Positions 22,855 through 30,844 of a stretch of DNA of 30,844 nt are shown here, piece after piece. Origin of the DNA: a virus (lineage: Duplodnaviria; Caudoviricetes); IMG/VR virus record IMGVR_UViG_3300037119_002018, positions 1 through 30,844 of that record; one strand, 5' to 3'. Position 1 is the stretch's first letter, and each line of letters starts with the position of its first letter. Below the pieces are notes generated by a model. It was not told the origin of the DNA and did no database searches. It saw only the letters and a program-made list of their open reading frames with translations. Made by a program: the position numbers and the translations under genes.

Positions 22855-25458
22855 GTGAGCAACCTGTGGCTCGAGGCGTGGACCCGGCCGGGTCATGCGA
22901 CGTTCGGACGTATCCACGATTATGTCCCGTTCACCCAGGCGGGGATTTCGGAAGGGTTGAACCGGGTCGGCGGCGGCGACATGAGCCTCCCGGAGTCGTG
23001 GCCGTTCTTCGATGATCTGGTGTTCACCGATCCGACCACCCCACTCAACTCGGTGTCGTCACTGGTCCGCGTCTACTCGGGTTTGGACCCGACCGTCCCC
23101 ATCTTCGAATGGCTCCCCGAAGATCTCCTCCCCGCCGAAAACCGGGAGGATCTGACAGTGGAAGTGTCGGGGGATTCGATCAAAGGCATATTGGGCTACG
23201 CGAGGGTGGAAGCGTTCGACTGGGACGGCTCCGACGATTTCGCCCCGGTAGATCCCGACTGGCTGTACGGAGGGTCGAACCGGATCTTGAACGACTCGTT
23301 TGAGGATTCCCCACTTGCGATCCCCAACCCCGGGTTCGAGGATGGGACGAGGGAGCCGTGGTGGCCAGGAGCAGTAGAAGGAGTTTCCGCCAACGCTTCG
23401 ATCGTGACCGGGGCGAATGTGGACACCGGCACCTACGCCCTCTCCGTCACCCCACTCCTAGCGCAAGGGGGAGCGTCCACCACGTTCAGGGTTCAACCCG
23501 CCAACTTCTACACGGTCACCGCCCGGTTCAAAGGAGCTTCAGGAGTTGACTATCAGATCGGCGCTTCCGGGCCCGCCGAACTAGTCGCAACCCCGGGGAC
23601 GGTCCTGGTGGAAGTGGCGGCAACCCCGCAAGGGTGGGAGGTTCAGAAAACGTTCGCCGGGACCGGCGCCTACCAGACGGTCACTTTGGGTTTCGGATCG
23701 GCCGGCAACCAATCGTCCACTCAACTGTCCATTCGTGAAGGGGAAGCCGTCTTGGACGGGTCCACCTTCTACATTGACCTGGTCACCGTCACCGGGTTCG
23801 GAATCGGCACTGACCCGTGGCAGCCGACCGGAGTCAACGTCCCGAACATTGTGGGCCCGGTCACCACCTTCGAAGTGCGGACAACCCATCCGAAAACCGG
23901 GACCTACTCCCTGTTTCTCACCGCCCGTCCCGGACACGGAGCCTTCCAGGAGCTGAACGGGATTCAAGCCGGCGCCACCTATACGGCGGGAGTTTCCATC
24001 GGATACGCCTCCGTCGCTTCGCTGTGGGCTCTCGAAGTCCGAGACGCGCAAGGCAACATCTTGGGCCAAGCATCAGCAACGATTGGGACTGGGGCGTATA
24101 CGGATCTGACGGTGACGTTCACCGCACCCGAATTCGTACCCGGCTCATCCGGATCGGCGTTCCTTCGGGTCATCAACTACGCCGCCGTGACCCGTTCGGT
24201 GTATGTGGATGATGGGATCTTCTACCAGGGGCAATCTCCGGACACGGTCGGAAAAATCTTGGGGGACCTGTACGCGGATGCCACTTTGGATCATGTGACT
24301 GTCGGGAACCGGCTGGTGTGGGAGGATGAGGCGAACCCTGGCACCCCGTATCTGACCTTGGATTTTTCGGACACGTTGGATTCGGCGGGGGCGGCGTGGG
24401 ATAACCCTTCGATTTCGATTCGGATCACGATGCGCCAGTCGTATTCGCAGGTGATGGCGAACTTCGCGACGAACTACGGCTACGAGTATCGGATCATCCC
24501 CGACAATCCCGAACTGGGAACCTGGCTGTGGCAGGTGTTCAACCCGGGGACGATGATGACCGACTACACCGCGGCTGCCACTCCGGGAATCCAAGGCGGC
24601 TCCACCGACGTGTCCCGGTCGGTGAGAAGGTTCGTTCCCGGGTCGACGGACATTCTGGTGGAAGGTCAGAACCGCGTCACCGGACGGGACCGGAGCGCGG
24701 ATCTGATGACCGCGCTCGGCCGGTTGGAAGGTTCGACGATCAACCGGGAAGCCACCGACTTCCCCTCCGTCTCCAGCGCGGCAGCCGAATCGGTTGCGAC
24801 CGGTTTGAGCGCGGGCCGGTCCTACGCGTACACCCTCGTCGACCCTCAAGACGAACCGCTGTCAACGTATCTGATCGGCGACCTGCTCACCATTGTCGAC
24901 CCACCCGAAATCTTGGATGTGGACTCCCGGTTCGTAGACGTCACCGCGACCCTCACTCCACTGTCGGTGAAATGGGCGGTCCAATTCGGCTCCGCCTCGT
25001 TGACCGCTGATGCGAAACTCGCCGACGCGGTGGAGAAGGTGGTCAACCGGTTCATCTACCCCGACGAGATCGGCGGTTCGGACACTCCCGCAGTCCTGGA
25101 AGGGGAGAAAGGCGGAATGATGACGGTCGCGGTCGCCGCCTCCGACGCCGCTCCCATCTCCCAAAGCAAAGCCGACTTCATCTGCGACGGGGTGGACGAT
25201 GAGGTGGAGATCATGACCGCCATGCAGTTGTGTTGGGCGGCGGGCGGGGGAACCGTGTGGCTGTCCGAAGGCCATTTCGAAGTGAACCCTGACATTATCG
25301 TCGTCGGCTATTCGATCGGATACCCGGAGCCGATCACCCTCAGAGGACTCGGCTACGGGACGAAGATCCGGTTTATCTCGTTCACCAACTTCGTGATTCA
25401 TGTCGCCCCGAACAGCAAACTTCTTGACATGGACATCAACCTTTCGGGGATCGGATGA
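22855..25458 (+). CDS. Large minor tail/baseplate hub protein with CBM-like domains and the start of a beta-helix
   Basis: 'NDSFED', 'NPGFEDG', 'TYTAGV', 'YVDD' resemble CBM4/9-like galactose-binding folds; C-terminal 'ADFICDGVDDEVEI..A...GGGTVWLSEGHF' resembles a pectin-lyase cap. Confidence 0.7.
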   Translation: MSNLWLEAWTRPGHATFGRIHDYVPFTQAGISEGLNRVGGGDMSLPESWPFFDDLVFTDPTTPLNSVSSLVRVYSGLDPTVPIFEWLPEDLLPAENREDLTVEVSGDSIKGILGYARVEAFDWDGSDDFAPVDPDWLYGGSNRILNDSFEDSPLAIPNPGFEDGTREPWWPGAVEGVSANASIVTGANVDTGTYALSVTPLLAQGGASTTFRVQPANFYTVTARFKGASGVDYQIGASGPAELVATPGTVLVEVAATPQGWEVQKTFAGTGAYQTVTLGFGSAGNQSSTQLSIREGEAVLDGSTFYIDLVTVTGFGIGTDPWQPTGVNVPNIVGPVTTFEVRTTHPKTGTYSLFLTARPGHGAFQELNGIQAGATYTAGVSIGYASVASLWALEVRDAQGNILGQASATIGTGAYTDLTVTFTAPEFVPGSSGSAFLRVINYAAVTRSVYVDDGIFYQGQSPDTVGKILGDLYADATLDHVTVGNRLVWEDEANPGTPYLTLDFSDTLDSAGAAWDNPSISIRITMRQSYSQVMANFATNYGYEYRIIPDNPELGTWLWQVFNPGTMMTDYTAAATPGIQGGSTDVSRSVRRFVPGSTDILVEGQNRVTGRDRSADLMTALGRLEGSTINREATDFPSVSSAAAESVATGLSAGRSYAYTLVDPQDEPLSTYLIGDLLTIVDPPEILDVDSRFVDVTATLTPLSVKWAVQFGSASLTADAKLADAVEKVVNRFIYPDEIGGSDTPAVLEGEKGGMMTVAVAASDAAPISQSKADFICDGVDDEVEIMTAMQLCWAAGGGTVWLSEGHFEVNPDIIVVGYSIGYPEPITLRGLGYGTKIRFISFTNFVIHVAPNSKLLDMDINLSGIG

Positions 25459-26225
25459 GCGCCGCCGTTATCCTTTCGACCGCCGCCGAGATCGGGAACG
25501 TGAATATTGGTTCCAACGCGGCTGACGTCAGATTGGATATGACCGGCACCAACTCCCGCGCCCATTCGATCGGAGCGTCCGCAGGTGAAACCTGGGCGAT
25601 CCTCGTTTCGGGGAACGAATGCGTCCTCGACGATGTGAACACCGGTTCCGGGTTAGGCGACTCGTGTATTGAAGTGACCGGCCAGCGTGCCCAGCTCTCG
25701 AATATCAAGTCGAACTCGTCGGGTACCGCGTCCGCAGTGCGGATCACCGGCGCCGACTGCGTCCTGAACGGGCTCACCTCGAACACCGACGACACCGGAC
25801 TGGAAATTTCGGGGGCGACCCGCTGGCAGGCTCGCAACGTGAACGTCCAAGCCGCCGACAATGAGGGGATACTGATCACCTCGTCGGATCATGGGATACT
25901 CGAGGCGACCGTCTACAACTCGGGCCGACATGGCATCTCTATCACTGATTCCTCCCACAACCGGTTGTCAGGTCAGGTGATCGACGCGGGGAAAGACACG
26001 AACAACACTTACGACGGAGTGATCTTGGCGGGGAATTCGGATCGGAACCGGACCGCGTTCACCGTCACCTATCTCGGTTCGGGGAACCAGGCCCGCTACG
26101 GACTCAACATTTCCGCAAGCACCTGCGACAGCAATATTGAGGCTTCTCTCCTGCTCGCCGGATCGACGGGGCATTACAACGATGCGGGAACCGGAACAGT
26201 GGCCACCGATGACCACATCGTGTGA
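25455..26225 (+). CDS. Right-handed beta-helix protein (tailspike/receptor-binding-like)
   Basis: Periodic 'GILI', 'GISI', 'GVIL', 'YGLNI' rungs rich in Asn/Ser/Gly; ATGA overlap. Confidence 0.65.
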   Translation: MSAAVILSTAAEIGNVNIGSNAADVRLDMTGTNSRAHSIGASAGETWAILVSGNECVLDDVNTGSGLGDSCIEVTGQRAQLSNIKSNSSGTASAVRITGADCVLNGLTSNTDDTGLEISGATRWQARNVNVQAADNEGILITSSDHGILEATVYNSGRHGISITDSSHNRLSGQVIDAGKDTNNTYDGVILAGNSDRNRTAFTVTYLGSGNQARYGLNISASTCDSNIEASLLLAGSTGHYNDAGTGTVATDDHIV

Positions 26226-26706
26226 AGCTGTCTGCGTCACCCGCAGAGGTTTAGGAGCCCACCAGAAGGCTCAGGCTCGCCGCCTCGGGGCGGTTCCACT
26301 ATTCATGGAGCACACTTCAGGAACGTTCGCGGACGCCGTAAACCGAGTCCTAAGCCTTGCGGAAAATCCGGTGGTTTTGAAGGTCGACGACCACGATTCT
26401 TACCCCACCGACCATGCGCGGATACTCGAAGAGTGGGAGCCGGGATTGCTGCTTCATGGGCGGGCGGATTTCGTAGGCTGCGACGGCCGCAGGTTGGGAC
26501 GGTGGCCTTCGCTGTGCGCCTCCGCCTTCCCCTCCGACATTCGAGTAGTCGGGAACCAGTGGGGGCAGATCACCGAATCCGTCCTTGCTCAATGCGAAGT
26601 CCGGGAGGTTGAGACGGGTGTGGTGAAACTGGTCTGTCCTGGTGACTGGTCGTGGGGTGCGAAACCGGGCACGTTCCGTACTGTCAACTGTGACCACGTT
26701 AAGTAG
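26209..26706 (+). CDS. Divergent GT2-like glycosyltransferase; probable start ATG 26209
   Basis: 'AVCVTRR' strand and 'FADAVNRVLSLAENPVVLKVDDHDSYPTDH' resemble the GT2 'N.....A....IAKMDDDDxY' motif. Confidence 0.45.
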   Translation: MTTSCEAVCVTRRGLGAHQKAQARRLGAVPLFMEHTSGTFADAVNRVLSLAENPVVLKVDDHDSYPTDHARILEEWEPGLLLHGRADFVGCDGRRLGRWPSLCASAFPSDIRVVGNQWGQITESVLAQCEVREVETGVVKLVCPGDWSWGAKPGTFRTVNCDHVK

Positions 26707-26717
26707 TATTCCGGGTC

Positions 26718-26996
26718 ATGCCCGACGAACCCACCAACGCCGACCTGGAACAACGTATCGACCACGTTGAAAAGAATGTGGAGGAACTCGCCGTCGCCGT
26801 TGTCGGTCCGAAAGTGTCAGACTTCCGTGGGGGCGGCCGAGCTGAGGAGGAGGGACTCATCGCGAAGGTGGATGAGCTGATCCGAACTCTGAACAATGGG
26901 GGAATCAAAATCCGGCTGCCCATCCCGGTGTGGGTGGCGATCATCGCCGCTCTCAGCGGGCTCGTCGTCCAACTGATTGCTACTCTCGGATCGTGA
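26718..26996 (+). CDS. Membrane protein (coiled coil plus C-terminal TM), lysis-module associated
   Basis: Hydrophobic 'IPVWVAIIAALSGLVVQLIA'; directly precedes the endolysin. Confidence 0.55.
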   Translation: MPDEPTNADLEQRIDHVEKNVEELAVAVVGPKVSDFRGGGRAEEEGLIAKVDELIRTLNNGGIKIRLPIPVWVAIIAALSGLVVQLIATLGS

Positions 26997-27619
26997 AAAC
27001 TCCCCGAGTGCAGGGTCTGGTCGACGATGTGATCGACCGGTACAAGGTGGTCACGGTCGGCGCCTGGTCATGCCGGTACATTTTGGGGACGTTCACATGG
27101 TCGCAACATTCGTATACGGAGGGGGAGTATGAGGGGAACGCCGCCGACTTTTTCGGACCTATCCCCATTCTCGATTCGGTCGCCTGGTATCTCCGTCAAC
27201 AACCCAACGTGAAAGCCGTCCTGTGGAGAGTCAAAAACCATTTCGACCATGTCCACTTAGACACTTGGCCGACCGGGATCGGAACCCCACCCTGTAAGGG
27301 GGGACCTCTGAGGGTGAAACATAAGGACGGGACGATCGGCCGCACCTTCAACGTTGAACCCTACGTTCCGCCACCGATAGGAGACTATGACATGACCGCA
27401 ACCGAATTCGCGTCGAAGCTCAGCCAGGAGCAGGTCAAAGCGATCTGCAACAAGAAAGGTCAGGGGGGAGTGTGGGTGATCTCCCCGGGCTCTTCGGATC
27501 GGACGACCATCACCAACTATTACCTCTCCATCCTCGGGACACCGACGAACCCGGATTGGGTGTCGTTCTACCTCGAAGTGCAGACCGAAGCTCTCGCCAA
27601 CGCGGCCATTAACCCGTAA
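26993..27619 (+). CDS. Endolysin, M15-like Zn peptidase; start GTG 26993
   Basis: 'CR......WSQHS...GNAADF' and 'NHFDHVHLD' (SxH, AxD, HxH); GTGA overlap; flanked by membrane genes. Confidence 0.7.
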   Translation: MKTPRVQGLVDDVIDRYKVVTVGAWSCRYILGTFTWSQHSYTEGEYEGNAADFFGPIPILDSVAWYLRQQPNVKAVLWRVKNHFDHVHLDTWPTGIGTPPCKGGPLRVKHKDGTIGRTFNVEPYVPPPIGDYDMTATEFASKLSQEQVKAICNKKGQGGVWVISPGSSDRTTITNYYLSILGTPTNPDWVSFYLEVQTEALANAAINP

Positions 27620-27649
27620 CCCATCTCCCAGACGGTTAGTCTTACGGGC

Positions 27650-27937
27650 ATGGATATTGCACTTCTGCTTGCGATTCCGGCGGTGAAGAAAATCATCGAC
27701 GCCTACCGGTTCATCTTCGACGGCGAATCCGTCCAATGGCGAGCCTTCGCGTTGACGGTCGGCTCCTGGGTGCTCGGCACCGGACTTATCGCCCTAGTGG
27801 CGGGTTCGTCCCTTGCTGCGGACCTTGGCCTAGCCGACCTCGGACTGGCTGACCTCATCCTGTGGGGTGTCGCCCTCGGATCGTCCGCCGGTGTGATCGC
27901 CGACTTCGTCCCCGTAGACAACCAGCTCATTCAATAA
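27650..27937 (+). CDS. Holin-like membrane protein
   Basis: 95 aa with 2-3 hydrophobic helices, immediately after the endolysin. Confidence 0.65.
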   Translation: MDIALLLAIPAVKKIIDAYRFIFDGESVQWRAFALTVGSWVLGTGLIALVAGSSLAADLGLADLGLADLILWGVALGSSAGVIADFVPVDNQLIQ

Positions 27938-28108
27938 CGTCGACGTTGTCCCAGAGGTAGACGCCGCACACGCACTGCCATAGGCAGCTGCCGATTCGGA
28001 TTGTGGCCGGATGTGTTCTGCATTCGCTCATCCCTGCTCATCGTCCATCCGAGCCGGAAACTTGAGTGGCTAGTCCGTCCGGTCATTCCCGAATCTGGTA
28101 CTTGAGTC

Positions 28109-28143
28109 TTGACAGGTCACCTATCACTGCTGTATGGTGACCT
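28109..28143 (+). promoter_or_regulatory. Early promoter TTGACA-N18-TATGGT overlapped by inverted repeat AGGTCACC-N14-GGTGACCT
   Basis: Consensus -35 at 28109-28114; -10 at 28133-28138; perfect 8-bp arms at 28114-28121 and 28136-28143; GAGGAG SD before ATG 28170. Confidence 0.7.
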
Positions 28144-28169
28144 TACACGTTCCAGTGTGAGGAGTAGAA

Positions 28170-28364
28170 ATGAGGACCAAGTTCAGAGCCCGCCTCGACC
28201 GTTACACGGTCCACTGTCCGACCTGCGGCGCCGACGTGAAACATGGGTCGCCGGCGGGGAGAAATGAGGACAGCACAACGACCCGCCGGCCGGCCCAAGA
28301 CCCCACGATACCTTCATGGGTCATCGACTTGGAAGTAGATCGGATGCTCGAGGAGTCGGTGTGA
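28170..28364 (+). CDS. Small hypothetical protein with CPTCG knuckle
   Basis: Strong SD; first gene after the promoter; GTGA overlap with the next gene. Confidence 0.55.
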   Translation: MRTKFRARLDRYTVHCPTCGADVKHGSPAGRNEDSTTTRRPAQDPTIPSWVIDLEVDRMLEESV

Positions 28365-28540
28365 CCGGCGACGACCTCATGAGCTACGAGGATATTTCAC
28401 GGTTGGTGAACATCCCGGTCGCCACCCTCTACGTTTGGAAGGCGCGGGGGAAACTCCCCGAACCCGAAGTCATGTTCCGCCAGCCGTTATGGCTGAAGTC
28501 GACCATCGACGCATGGGCTAAGAAAGAAGGACTGGTATGA
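28361..28540 (+). CDS. HTH DNA-binding protein (AlpA/MerR/Xis-like); start GTG 28361
   Basis: AGGAG SD; 'LMSYEDISRLVNIPVATLYVWKARGKLPEP....PLW..STIDAW'. Confidence 0.8.
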   Translation: MTGDDLMSYEDISRLVNIPVATLYVWKARGKLPEPEVMFRQPLWLKSTIDAWAKKEGLV

Positions 28541-28773
28541 ACCCGTACGATCAGGCAGCCGACGATCTGGGGTGGGAGCCGCAGCCGATGCGCCGCCTCC
28601 CCGTCATCCATTCGATCCTCTACGACGTCACCCAGTTCAAACTGTCTGAATGGACCATCAACGCCGAACGGGACAACCTGGTCCGTAACGGGTTCACGGT
28701 CACTGACATCACCCAAACCTTCGACCCGATGGTCGGCCACAAGACCGAATATTGGGGGTACCGCCATGAGTGA
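28537..28773 (+). CDS. Hypothetical protein
   Basis: ATGA overlap, AAGGA SD, part of a tightly packed operon. Confidence 0.55.
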   Translation: MNPYDQAADDLGWEPQPMRRLPVIHSILYDVTQFKLSEWTINAERDNLVRNGFTVTDITQTFDPMVGHKTEYWGYRHE

Positions 28774-29200
28774 CCTAGCCCGCCTAGAGGCTGCTGCTGC
28801 TGGCCTCGAATCCTTGCCGGAAGACACGGAAGCAGCGGATTATGTGGGGAGACTCGATCGTGTCATCCGCACCCTTCAGGGGCACCGGAAAACGATCATG
28901 GACGAACTGCCCGGCCCCGTATCAGGGCGGGAGTACCGGATAGTGGAGGAGCGTTACTCGGAGCGGAGCTACAACACGCGGCTACTGCTCTCGGACTTCG
29001 GGCTGCACTACGACACCGACAAGCTGGTCGAGATGGATGTGGTCCGGCTTTCTTGGCAGTGGACGAAGATGCGGAACCTCGCAATCAAGGAGGACATCGG
29101 GCTTCGCATCGCTGGGCATGAAGTTGACCCGGCATCCGGTGAGGCAGACCATGTTGGAGAAGTTTGGAAGTCTCGGTACAAGGTTGAGGGGATCAAATGA
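28766..29200 (+). CDS. Hypothetical phage protein
   Basis: 144 aa; overlaps neighbours at both ends. Confidence 0.6.
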   Translation: MSDLARLEAAAAGLESLPEDTEAADYVGRLDRVIRTLQGHRKTIMDELPGPVSGREYRIVEERYSERSYNTRLLLSDFGLHYDTDKLVEMDVVRLSWQWTKMRNLAIKEDIGLRIAGHEVDPASGEADHVGEVWKSRYKVEGIK

Positions 29201-29379
29201 AAGTGGTCGCATCAGTAGTGCGGATCGAAACATCCGCTGACTTACCGCACTCTCCCCGTGTTGTGATGAGCGTGGACTTCTCGGGGCCGGGTGCCTGGGA
29301 GGAGTTCGTGGCTGAGTTCGGGGATAAGTGGGTTCTTCCGATGACGGTCGATATGTACAAAGCGAAGGACACCAAATGA
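29197..29379 (+). CDS. Hypothetical protein
   Basis: ATGA overlaps at both ends; GAGGGG SD. Confidence 0.5.
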   Translation: MKVVASVVRIETSADLPHSPRVVMSVDFSGPGAWEEFVAEFGDKWVLPMTVDMYKAKDTK

Positions 29380-29969
29380 GCAAGATCGACCTGTCCGATT
29401 ACGTCCCGGTGTCTGAGCGAATCGCCCAATTCAAAGAGGCGCACCCGGGTGGGCGGCTCGAATCCGAAGTGATAGACGCCGGGTTCCCTGGGTTCGTCGC
29501 GGTCAAGGCTTACGCCTACAAGAGCCCTGACGATCTCACTCCCGGTGTCGGTTTGGCGTGGGAGCCCGTACCGGGACCGACGCCATTCACCAAGGACTCC
29601 GAACTCCAGAACGCCGAGACCGCCGCCTGGGGTCGAGCGCTGATCGCCGGGCTGATAGCTGACGCATCGAGGGGGATCGCCTCACGGGACGAAGTAGCGA
29701 GATCTCAGGAGCGGCCCACCAGGAAAGCCGACCAGACCCCTCCGCCGGCGCCGGTTCGTACAGATCCTGAGTTGGACCCGAAACAATGGCTCGCCGATTC
29801 GGTTGCGATGTTCGGACTGTGGACGCCCGAGCAGAAGAAGAAGGCGGGAAACGCGGCGATGGCCGACCTCGGATTCAAGAATCCGTTGACGATGGAACAA
29901 GCGAAACAGGTGGTCGCTCACATGACAGCCACCTACTACGAGGACAAACCGGATGCTCTGCCGTTCTAG
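29376..29969 (+). CDS. Putative ssDNA-annealing/recombination protein; start ATG 29376
   Basis: 'DYVPVSERIAQFKEAHPGGRL', 'QNAETAAWGRAL' and an SSB-like C-terminal 'DALPF'; function is inferred. Confidence 0.55.
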   Translation: MSKIDLSDYVPVSERIAQFKEAHPGGRLESEVIDAGFPGFVAVKAYAYKSPDDLTPGVGLAWEPVPGPTPFTKDSELQNAETAAWGRALIAGLIADASRGIASRDEVARSQERPTRKADQTPPPAPVRTDPELDPKQWLADSVAMFGLWTPEQKKKAGNAAMADLGFKNPLTMEQAKQVVAHMTATYYEDKPDALPF

Positions 29970-29980
29970 AAGGAGAACAA

Positions 29981-30277
29981 GTGAGACAGATAATCAGGAA
30001 GACGTTGGCCGTGATCGGATTGGTGTTGATGTTTGCGTTCCCCGCGGACGCCGCCACCGACCTTGGCAACGGAGTCTGCGAAGACAACGGCGTGCTCGGA
30101 GTGTGGAACGGCACCACCGCGGACGACGACGGCTGCGTGACCGTTGCGGAGTATGACGTCATGTTTCCCGGCCAGTTGGATACGAGTCTTTCGGTGGGTC
30201 CGGTAGTAGAGCCTGACGCGCCGACTGTGAGGGAATGGTTCGACGTGGCACTGGATCAACGGTTCGGCGCCCGGTAA
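29981..30277 (+). CDS. Secreted acidic protein with signal peptide; start GTG 29981
   Basis: AAGGAG SD; 'MRQIIRKTLAVIGLVLMFAFPADA' signal with an AxA site; two Cys. Confidence 0.65.
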   Translation: MRQIIRKTLAVIGLVLMFAFPADAATDLGNGVCEDNGVLGVWNGTTADDDGCVTVAEYDVMFPGQLDTSLSVGPVVEPDAPTVREWFDVALDQRFGAR

Positions 30278-30300
30278 AGCGAAGCGACAAGGAGAAGACG

Positions 30301-30844
30301 ATGAGAAAACTGTTGAGCGGAGTGACGATTCTGGGGCTTGTACTGGCCGGGTGGCTGCTGTTCACCCTGCCCGCGGGGGCTACTGGGAACTGTCAAACCT
30401 TCCAGAACCATTCGGGGCGTATCCCCGGGTCGTATGATTACGCCGAATTCTACGAGGACGGCCAACTCGTAACAACGGTGCAGACCAACGGGCACGACAC
30501 GTTCGTGAACCCGGCGGACTATGCGGCTGGCCGATCATGGGATGTGGTGAAGAAATGTCACAACGGAACGACTACGACGGTGGCGACCACTTCTACTACG
30601 GAACTGGAAACAACGACGACGGTTCAGGACACCACCACCACTACCGGGATAGAGGAAACGTCGACCACATTATCCGACACGACCACGACGTCCTCTCTTG
30701 CCACGACTACCACGACGAGCCCTGCCGGATCGACCACGACTTCCCTACCTTCAACATCTTCTTCGGTTCCCGGATCGGGTAGCACACTGCCTTTCACCGG
30801 GTTGTCGGAGTTCATGTGGACGACTCTCGCCTTCGCTGCTGCAT
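30301..30844 (+). CDS. Secreted Thr/Ser-rich surface protein with an LPFTG sorting motif (3' truncated; not in the ORF track)
   Basis: AAGGAG SD; MRKLLSGVTILGLVLAGWLLFTLPAGA signal; small two-Cys domain; long T/S stalk; LPFTG at 30787-30801 followed by hydrophobic FMWTTLAFAAA at the window edge. Confidence 0.8.
   Translation, partial: MRKLLSGVTILGLVLAGWLLFTLPAGATGNCQTFQNHSGRIPGSYDYAEFYEDGQLVTTVQTNGHDTFVNPADYAAGRSWDVVKKCHNGTTTTVATTSTTELETTTTVQDTTTTTGIEETSTTLSDTTTTSSLATTTTTSPAGSTTTSLPSTSSSVPGSGSTLPFTGLSEFMWTTLAFAAA

Noticed and set aside
27938-28169. Intergenic region as a tRNA, ncRNA or attP site
   Set aside because: No cloverleaf or T-loop signature and no integrase nearby; better explained by the promoter/operator and a possible small ORF
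30537-30815. His/Asp-rich ORF 30537-30782 and Val-rich minus ORF 30624-30815
   Set aside because: Alternative frames of the Thr-rich stalk of the LPFTG protein starting at 30301

Overview
The window is a high-GC segment of a tailed dsDNA phage or prophage genome with siphovirus organisation, almost certainly from an actinobacterial host. The head module resembles cluster-B/Rosebush-type actinobacteriophages. An LPFTG-anchored Thr-rich protein hints at an Acidimicrobiia-like host, which is inference. Gene order on the + strand is: DUF1360 protein, portal with a MuF-like C-terminus, HNH, two fibre-like genes, capsid protease, major capsid (hexamer) protein, a glycosyltransferase/methyltransferase island, a separate capsid pentamer-type protein, major tail protein, a second fibre module, head-tail genes, a nuclease plus HTH insert, tail assembly chaperone with a -1 frameshift, tape measure, a nucleotide-sugar dehydrogenase-like gene, tail tip genes, another GT-like gene, lysis genes and the start of an early operon. 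The main leads are: (i) a probable virion glycosylation/glycan-methylation system spread through the structural operon, next to Ser/Thr-rich repeat fibre proteins; (ii) twin promoters plus a conserved leader hairpin and anti-SD in front of both capsid genes; (iii) a 23-bp pseudo-palindromic motif in at least five copies; (iv) a head-to-head overlapping GT gene pair; (v) an internally deleted DNA adenine methyltransferase; (vi) a phage-encoded LPXTG surface protein missed by the ORF track. No terminase, integrase, RNA gene or CRISPR array was seen. All protein calls come from motif recognition and synteny, not database searches.
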